Below the pieces are notes generated by a model that saw only the letters and a program-made list of their open reading frames with translations, was not told where the DNA came from and searched no databases. Made by a program: the position numbers and the translations under genes. From contig NOWV01000021.1 of assembly GCA_003344405.1 (NCBI GenBank), positions 802,068 to 822,067 of the forward strand: 20,000 nucleotides of DNA. Direction: 5' to 3'. The DNA comes from Trichoplax sp. H2. Lineage: Eukaryota. The stretch's first letter is position 1. Each line of letters opens with the position of its first letter. This document shows, one piece after another, positions 10,651-20,000 of the stretch.

Positions 10651-13600
10651 TTAAACCCGTATCATCCATGGCTTTTCATCGTCCTTACGTGTAGATGGCT
10701 TGATCTATGTAAAAAAAATTACGTTAACCAAAATATTTAATGTTTTAATTCATTAATTTAAAAACAGACTAATAAATAAATACACAATATATACTCGTAG
10801 TATTATATTCATCATTTCTGGTATGTTAAAAATAATAGATCGATCGCGAGTATGCACATAATCAAATTGATTTGAAAGTATACCTTTATATATCTATTAA
10901 GGCTATTTTCAGTACACTAATACATACAAAAGTGATATCTCGCAATTAACTCGTATCATTTCTAGTCCAGGCTAACTTTATATATTGGTATATATGAAAT
11001 TTAATACAAAATAAATCGTTAACTCTTTTATGTTTAAGTTTATAATAGTAAGCATTAACATATAATCGATTATAATTATTGACCACAAGTGCATTAACAG
11101 TAGATTTTGTTAAAAAAAGAATTCTATAATATTATTTTACTGTACTTAAACAGATAACTAAAAACAATCTTCTCTGGAGTACTTGATTCTTAAGAATGAT
11201 GGCCAATACAACTACGGTAATATTTAATTACTTTCATATTACAGAAATCTATACAATCTTTATTACTGTTAAGATTTACCAGTGCTGTAATTTCATCATT
11301 ACACATCATTCTTATCCTTTCGCATGTCGCTGGACTATCAAATCGAAATATATTGCTTATGTCAGCATCTTGCCTAATGTTGAGAGAAAGATTTACAATA
11401 ATCAGCATTTCGAGTCATGAAGATGACATGGAAGATGATTGTGTAGCTTTATAACTATTTCTTGTTATAAAGTCTTGATGATTAATGGATGATAATATTA
11501 AGGTACAAGAAAACCTGGCTGCGATTATTGCATCCTTAATAGCGAAAAATACGGAAGATCCTAATAGCAATGGCGGTTCTCCAATTCCCTGTTATATAAT
11601 CATTAATTTTTTTGAATAACACTCTCAATGAAAATTACTGAAAATTAATATAGTTGATTCAAATTATACCGTAAATCGTGGGTTTTAGCTAATCCGTACG
11701 CGTACAAAAAGGATTATAGAGTATATACCTTAGATGAATATATTGCATATTTATTAGGGACTTTGGGAAGCAAATAAACATAAAATTCGTTAGGAATATC
11801 AGTGGAACTTGGAATCTTGTACGTCCCTGGTCCTCGCGTCAATAGGTATCCAGTAGGAGAAAAAATATGATCTTCTAATGTATAAAGCCCCACTCCTTGA
11901 ATAAATCCTCCTTCAATCTAATTATTAATTAATATTAAATTGCAGAATTAGCATCTCCATAATTTATGCATATCTTGCATGTATTAACCGTTTTCAAATC
12001 AGGCAAATAAATCATTAATAATAAAACCAAATATTCAGTACAAAGCTGTTTATTCTTCACCTGACCAATGTCGACTGCCGGGTTTAAACTTTTACCAACA
12101 TCCATAACGATATCAGTTCTTAATATCTATATATGTGTTAATTATTAGCACATCAGAAATGTTAACATATAAAGTCTTAAATTTTATGTTATACCATAAT
12201 TATTCTATTGAAATTTACAGAAGTATAGCGATATGATATTATAATAAAAAAATTTAAAAAGCTAGTACATGAAAATCTCCAGTCAAGGTATCTATTTCAA
12301 CTTCAGAAACTGCTGCTCCATACGTGCGATAAAGATAGGTTTTACTGTCGTCGTATGCAGGACAACTAGAAAATTTTAAAGTTTACTGCTTCAGTACAGC
12401 GTTAACTTTAAACATTTATAACGACATAATTTTAAATTTTTAAACCTGTAAAATCCATTGGCAGATAAATTGACTCTATTGAGGTAGGCAGCTTTAACCT
12501 TCAAAGAGCAAATATAACTTTTACTGCATATCTAACCAATTTAGTCGATACATTGTCTCTAAAATAGTTACGAATTATAAAAACCTTAACATATCGAAAT
12601 TTCTTACCCAATCTTCCCATTTCCCTTTCGGGTTAGCTTCTTGAAATGGTTTGATTCTATTTCGCAATTTTTCGCATGCGTTCTTTGTTATTAAAGCAAG
12701 AAATTGTTATACAATTTAAAATCTACATAGTACGACATTCAAATAATAGAAATTGACTGATGTTATATTATCTATTTTAGTATGAAATATCACTAAGAAA
12801 ATTTAAATAGAAATTTTACATACGGCAATGGCTGCACCATTTAAATCGGTTGATGACGAGGCGGCAGTTTGGGTAGCATTAGGTATATTAGATGAATTAG
12901 TTTCTATCAAATAGATTTTATCAGTTGGAACTCCAAGAATATGTGAACAAATCTGTAAATATATAACGTACGTTTTATTATTACTTTCAAAATAACAAGA
13001 ATTAGGATATTGTTAACACAGTTCATTTGACCACTACTGGATCAATATTAAATGAGTAAATAAGTGTATTGAGCTCAATATAATTGATCCTATGAATGGA
13101 GACCTGTGTCATCTTGGTATGCAACCCTTGGCCCATTTCAATTCCACCGTGACTTAGAAGAACAGAACCATCTAGATAAATTATTACTAATGCTCCACCC
13201 TAAGTTAGGATCAAAATTAGCATTAATCATTAATTAGTATAATATTGCCATATTGTAGCAACAGAATTGTTAGGCTGTTAGTTACAATTAATCTTAAAAG
13301 AACTTATACATCAATGGCTAGCAATCGCTTATATTGTAGCTTAAAGTACTATAGAACAACTAGTACTATATCTATCTCGTAATTTTACCTGGTTCATAAA
13401 CCTTATATTGAATCCAACAGGATAACTTAGTGGGATTACAGAAATGCCACGTTTCTTCCATCGGTTCTCTCTACATAAGTGATGCAGCAAATTAAGTAAT
13501 ATATTAACATGATTCTGAGATATTTTGCTTACAAATATCGTACTGTAATTTAATAGATAATAAAATTGCTGAAAGTTTTACATACGCGGTCTTGATAGAC

Positions 13601-16600
13601 TATTAGGAGGATTAGTAGAATAGATAAATTTACGATTGCTATTACAATTACCTATTATAAGATTCAACATCTACTTTGCGTTTGTGGAAATTACTGCTTT
13701 TGATGACTTCATTTAAAACTGTTCGCACTCTGCTTTCTTCTATCACGTCACCATAATGAGTTATATCTCCGTCTTTGTATAAATTTATTTCCCTCACCTG
13801 TTGGCAAAATCTTGCATGTTTATTAAAAATCATAAATTTCTAAGTAATATTTAGATTGAATACCTGTAATTGGGTAATGCCACAATTAATTGCAATTTCA
13901 GTTAAAATCGTTTCTATTGCGAAAACGCCCTGTAGAAAATGTTATGATATCACAAGAATGCTGGCGGAATTTATTTTAAACTATGCCGGATAAACTTAAG
14001 AGAAATGCTATATGCAAGCTATTTTCCTTCATTTTGCTCTTACTTGTGGCGATCCAAAACCTCTGAAAGCAGTATTAGATGGGATGTTGGTTTTGCATAA
14101 GTATGGAGAGATATCAAAATGAGGAATTCGGTAGCAACTACTGCAGGTCAACAAAGTGCGTGACATAACCTACAGTATCCAAATATTTATTTAAAGATTA
14201 CTCGATTACTCTGGATACTGAGAAATTACTGGAAGTAAATTAAGCTAAGACAAAAGAATAAAATTTTATTATTCAAGCACATCATTTTACCGCCGGAGAT
14301 AAATCTAAGCTATTTCCACAGTTGGCATACATTCGAAGGCGTAGTGCATTAATTATACCAGTACTACCGAAGCCAACCTATGAGATAGGTACATTGCATA
14401 TAACATAGTTTTATAATGGGATATGTAAATACATCGTATTTCAAATTTAATATTAACCTTGTACTTAAATAAATATGGATGTCTTGTTCCCGTTATTGAC
14501 ATGTCGACGTCTCTATCTAATACACACCGTACGGGCCTTTTCGAGCTAACAATGCGATATACAGCATTAGCATTTCTATTTTGCCAAATCGTAGTTAAGG
14601 GTAGCTGACTAGAGTAAGATTGAATCGTACTCGTGTAAATCAAGTTTTAGTTTCCAAGATTATTAAGATTTACCTCTGAGCGCCGATGGAAGCTGCTAAT
14701 GCAATAATTATAGTACGCGATTCTTTGCCACCAAATCCTCCTCCTTAAATAAGCGCGAAAGAAGAGATTAATATGTATGTTGCATTAAAAATTTAATATT
14801 TAGAAATGTTACATCTTTCTCCGTATGGCGATTTTTAAAATTTTACTATTCTTCTGTTTAAATTGCATTTGTATTCCTGTACCTAAACGTTTAATTCTGA
14901 TAATAACCCTGTTAAAGGGAATATCTAAGGCTTTACAAATGCTTTCTTGGATGAAAAATGATCCTTGAGATGTTACAAAAATCTCCATTTCTCCACTTTC
15001 CAATTTAGGTAAAGCAACACATGATTGAGGTTCGAGGTAAAAATGTTCCTACAGAAAATATTTAATACATAATAGTTTTACAATGGTATAAATAATTCAG
15101 TAATTATGATAAATAGCTGCTGTTTGCAATATAAATAGACTATACGAGTATACCTGACCGCCGATTCGAATATCACCTTCCAGTACATGATCAGACTTTT
15201 CTATTTCTTTTTCGATACCTTCTACGTTGAATTGCTTATCATACGGATAGTAACTGTCTGCTTGTATAGCTCTCTAATAATTCATATCACAAATATCAAA
15301 TAACGTTAATAATACAGTCTATGGTAATGTTTTACTAGCCTAATGCAATAACTAAAAATTAGAATCATTTACTTCAATTGTTAAAATAGCGGGCAAATCT
15401 TCATATACAACGTGCACAGCTTTGGCAGCTTCATTAGCATGTTCTTTCGTATCTGCTAAGATTACTCCAATCAATTGACCAACGCAAGTTACCTAATTAG
15501 ATATCATATAAATGTAACGAAGGCTAATTTTAAAATTTTTCTTCATAGATTTTATCATAACAGTAATGATTGTTATCCATATAAAGCAAATGAAGTACTA
15601 TAGGCGTAGTGTAGATAGATTTAGGATTGTAGTATATATTGATGACTAACTTTGCTCGTGAATTACTGTTCAGCAGAAATTATATCACTTTACTATAAAA
15701 TACAATGTGAGGCAATCCCTTTATCTAGGTTCTAATTCATAGATATTAGCCTGTTTTAGTTTTTTATTATTGCGACAAGTATACGCGGATATATTAATTA
15801 TAATTGCGAATTAAACGGATTCAAGAACAGATTGTTAATTTAGTACGATAAAGTTAGGAGTTCTAGGATTTAATCTTTTTGAATTCTTTACCAATTGTTA
15901 GATTGATTTAGAATACGTTAGGGTAATAGTTCGTTGTAATGATCCAATCAACAGTTTTATGAATTATATACCAGTAAAAAGTGATGTAATTTGATATTTC
16001 AGTTAGAGGAACTGTATTGAAGTCGTATACTCGGGTTCTTCTCTAATTGTAGGTAACTTATACTTTTTACTGTTTGGCTGATTGACGTAGCATGAACTGC
16101 TATCTTTGGATTAATACTTTCAATATCAAACTATTACTTATTTTGCTACGCTTCTCTCACGCTAGTTTTACTATATACATATTCTTAGTTACAATTAAGA
16201 TTAAAATAAAGATACATCTATTCTCCTTAGTAAATTACAGTAGTTTAAAGCAGGGACTTCTAAGAAAAGAATTTTTTCTTAGCAGTCTCTGTTTAAGGCG
16301 AGTGGCTGTGAACATATAGAAAGTTAAGCGGCACGAACAAAATTGATTCACATAGCTATACTTCACCTCTTTCGTAGCAAATATTTCTTCATCTGCTTGA
16401 ATAACTCCGAATAGATTAGATCCTTTTACATCTTTAGCAGTTACGTGAGAGTGTACTCCAGGCATTGATAAAGCGTCTTTATAATCTACTGATCTGTGAG
16501 AAATTAAAATTTCAAATGAACTATAAATTATATGTCGTAGAGGTATATTTATAATTTGGTATTATTTAGCGATGTTGTAAATTTAATTCCTACTCTATAA

Positions 16601-19600
16601 TGGCATGGGGTCTTTGACTTAGTACTAAGCCAGCAAATAATTCATCTATACAAAATCACAATTATTTTAGTATTTAAAAATTTTCTTACGGTTGACAGTT
16701 CTTACGTCATGTCATAATGTCTAGAATACTAATATATATAAAGATATAGAGATTATAATTACTTGAAAACGTGGGCATATCGTCACAATATACAGCTTCA
16801 CCAGTTGTCTGTTTTAACGCAGAAGTGTGTACCATAGGCCTCCTTAAAGCATCATCTTGTGCTTGATTGGAATCCGGTTTCTGAATTAAACACCACGTAT
16901 AACTTTGTTTCATTCATTGTGATTGTTAGCTACTATATAGGTTTGAATTAACGCGCAGATTGCAATTATGCAGTTAATGAATTAACCTCAAACACTTGAA
17001 TACTTCGAGTAGGATCTTTCTTGAATACTGAGGTTGCACTCAAGTATGAAGGAGGTATTTCAGCTTCTATAAAATTCTATCATCAATCGTGGTTATTAGA
17101 AATACACCATGAAGATTTAACTTAGAAATTTACTCTATTAATACAACGATTATCCAAGTTATTATATTTGGATAATTACAGCTAACAAAAATTAGCTAGT
17201 GTTTGAAGATACAGAAATAATTAAATTACATAATAGTGCGTTTATCATTCTATATATATTACCTCAGACGGTAGAAGCTGAGAAGTAACTGTTAGATAAA
17301 ATTTGAAAAAGAAACTGCATACTAGTGCTTTTCTATACTCGACCATTCCGCCTGGAGTAGAAAAGGCTAGCGGCATATCTTCGTTTAACAAGGGAATTAT
17401 TAACTCCGTAAGGTTTTTATTCCACTCTCTATGTATAAAAGTTCATTTATATTAATTACAAAAATGAAATTCATACCAGCTAAACTATCTACGTAATATG
17501 ATGTGCTTTCTATACGTATAATACTCTTAACCGATCTATAAATGTCTTATAACATACGGTATGTAACGAAATAAAATAAACTACCTTCCAGTTAGAAAAT
17601 GACTTGCTCGTTGAGCAATGACAGTTACTGGAGCCATCCCTCCAAAGCTTAGTGTACAATCTTTGATCAAGTAATTAGATTGTGATAACGATTTTTCAAC
17701 AACGACTCTCATACCAGCATTAACGATAGATATATCGTCGGAACGTCGACGAGCTTGCTTAAATCCAAGAAAGTACTCGTTCTGATACAAATATTTTTAG
17801 AAATTATTAAACAATTATACATAAAACTTTGAATATGTTATATTAATAGTTTCTTTTCCATAACTTTAAAGTTAAGCTGTATATTAATAATATAATATTG
17901 ATAAGCAATATAATCGCTTTTATTTAGCAAATATATGTAACTATGTTTCTTTTACAATATTCTAAGACTTGCATAGTAATGATTTATTAATAGTCTTACC
18001 TTAGAAGTAAATGGAATCAAAATAGAAATTACAATTTCATCGTCATCTAGACAAGTTTTTCGGTAACCAGCAAAGAAAGATTCATCCATAGTTATTACTT
18101 TCCTTTCATCTAAAAACATGAACTTTTATGTTAGAAGTTAATAAACTAGCCTCTCAAGTTTCGTATAACTGATAGTGAATATGTATCTGCCAAACTGCGA
18201 TTGTGAACAAGAAGGTAACAAGCCATATCAGAAATTCATTCATTCTATATAAGAAGGCATCAAACTATTTACTTACTACTAGTTGTTTGAACGTATATTT
18301 TAGTTTTAGAAGCTAGGAATAGTGGATTCAAATCAGATATAGGACTTGCTGTCATGATATTACCTACAATGCTCTTTCATGAGAATTAAAATATCAACTT
18401 TACACCAAATCATAACGTCAGATAACAAGCACACTCTTAACGTTTTATCTAATGGTAGTTAATTTAATATGGTGTGTTATCATCGATGAAAAGTATAAAG
18501 AGGGAACGTCACAAAAGGATTAATACATGATACCTACACCAACATTTCTAGTTTGATGACCTGCGAACCAACGTAACATTTCTACAATCGCAGCAAAGAT
18601 CCTCGTCTTGTATTCTATTAATATAGATGTAGATTTAAGAGTAATTATTCGATCGTTGATATGTTATAAACATAAGATTTTAAAATGTTATCTCACCTGG
18701 TAGCTTTTCTATAGCATCACACAAAATTTTATTCATTTTCGTTAATGAAACACAGCCACCAATTTCGATACCTTCATCACTGTGTTTCACAACGTTTAAG
18801 CTAGGAATTTCGCTTGGTGATATTAAGACCGAATATTTAAGATCTTTAAATTTCATTTCTATTCCTATTATAACAGATTTATAGCGTATTACACATATAG
18901 TACTCAGTGATACCACTTGTTATCCTTACTTTGTATAATATTACAATAAAATATTGAAGAATTTGTCATTAATCATGGGTAGTGATTCGGATAATTCTAT
19001 TAGCAATGTGTATAGAAGGTGTACTAGTATTGTGAAGTAAAGCACTAATTGATGTAAAATAGCCGCTGTGCTTAATAAAGTGATTTTAGACGATGCCCGA
19101 TATTATAAGACAGTGTATTTATGATATTAGAGATTAGCTCTTTTTAGCAATTCAAATTTTGAATTAGTAGATCTCGAATCTAAGGGGGTCATAATTCATT
19201 CATTGTATCATGTCATAGGTTTATGTGTGGAAATAAATTTATTGGGTAGTACTCTGGCATCCGATCATGATTCATATTGTCCTCATTTCTGAAGTAAACT
19301 ATTAACGCTAACGATATTTTATGAAATTATAATTTAATCATAAAATTACTTAACTACAGGTAATCATTCTTGAGTGATTCGTAATATTACAATATAGATA
19401 AAAAATATCATATATTGATATTTTCATTACACTTTCATTCGATATTACATTAGAGTTATTTCTTATTACTCTTGTACGATTATGTTAACATATTACACAA
19501 TACCAACCGATTTCTGTATTTCCGATGACAAGCTTCGCTTTCGGATAGTCTCTCTTTAGTGATAGTAATTCATCAAGTGAACAGGGTCGAAACCATGTAA

Positions 19601-19901
19601 TATTCTTGCCGTGAATTTCTAGACTTGTTGTTGATTTGTCTTTTAATAGCTACAGGTAGTTTTATATTATACAACATAAGTCTTATATAAACAAAAACTA
19701 TAAATAGTAAAATAGTGGATAGATAATAGCCATTTATATCGATTTTACACTATAGTGTATAATAGGATAATGACTAGTATATCTCTAAATAGGTATTACG
19801 ATTATATTTATTACCAATAATTCTGGAGGAAATATTATATCTTGAGAGGGGTCATAATCCATGAGATCTGAAAGCTTATATAACTTGCAATCTAAATCGT
19901 T
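10651..19901 (-). CDS. XDH: Xanthine dehydrogenase/aldehyde oxidase family molybdo-flavoenzyme, paralogue B (5'-partial, 2Fe-2S domain lies beyond the window; ~1142 aa visible: linker, FAD domain, Moco domain), 32 exons
   Basis: Hand-spliced GT-AG exons on the minus strand: 19901-19815, 19649-19508, 18864-18697, 18614-18538, 18373-18277, 18109-18000, 17781-17585, 17428-17263, 17076-16987, 16880-16763, 16645-16594, 16493-16367, 15492-15373, 15273-15154, 15048-14883, 14743-14674, 14545-14458, 14377-14291, 14169-14044, 13929-13864, 13797-13652, 13470-13389, 13199-13104, 12952-12824, 12682-12608, 12498-12446, 12365-12269, 12126-12061, 11917-11729, 11588-11515, 11373-11280, 10704-10651 (TAA). Motifs: [95 protein letters not shown]-terminus KPWMIRV*. 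The symbol is family-level. Confidence 0.95.
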
Positions 19902-20000
19902 CTACAGATAAATCAAGATAACTTAACTTAATTCTCTAAGTGATTAATATGGAGATACGTTATGAGTATTGAAAGAATTTACCAATAAATATTTTACTTA

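Noticed and set aside
57..19901. U12-type (minor spliceosome) introns, or pseudogenisation of either paralogue
   Set aside because: No intron starts with GTATCCTT or ATATCCTT; all are GT-AG. Both spliced frames are open to the stop codon with catalytic residues intact.

Overview
AT-rich eukaryotic genomic DNA, intron-dense with many short GT-AG introns. It looks like an early-branching animal such as a placozoan, but that is inference. The window holds two convergent (tail-to-tail) paralogues of the xanthine dehydrogenase/aldehyde oxidase (molybdo-flavoenzyme) family, both 5'-truncated by the window edges. Gene A is on + (22 exons, 57-7087, Moco domain) and gene B is on - (32 exons, 19901-10651, linker, FAD and Moco domains). 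Both splice into uninterrupted frames and share all 21 comparable intron positions. Both keep the XDH catalytic residues but have divergent, partly aldehyde-oxidase-like substrate pockets. The ~3.5 kb spacer contains two nested solo-LTR-like elements: outer 9449-10611 (TSD GTATT) and inner 9803-10404 (TSD ATGAT). Each has TG..CA ends, a TATA box, an Inr and a poly(A) signal on the - strand, and the outer one begins 39 nt after the gene B stop codon. A 3-copy ~86-bp tandem repeat lies in gene A intron 6.
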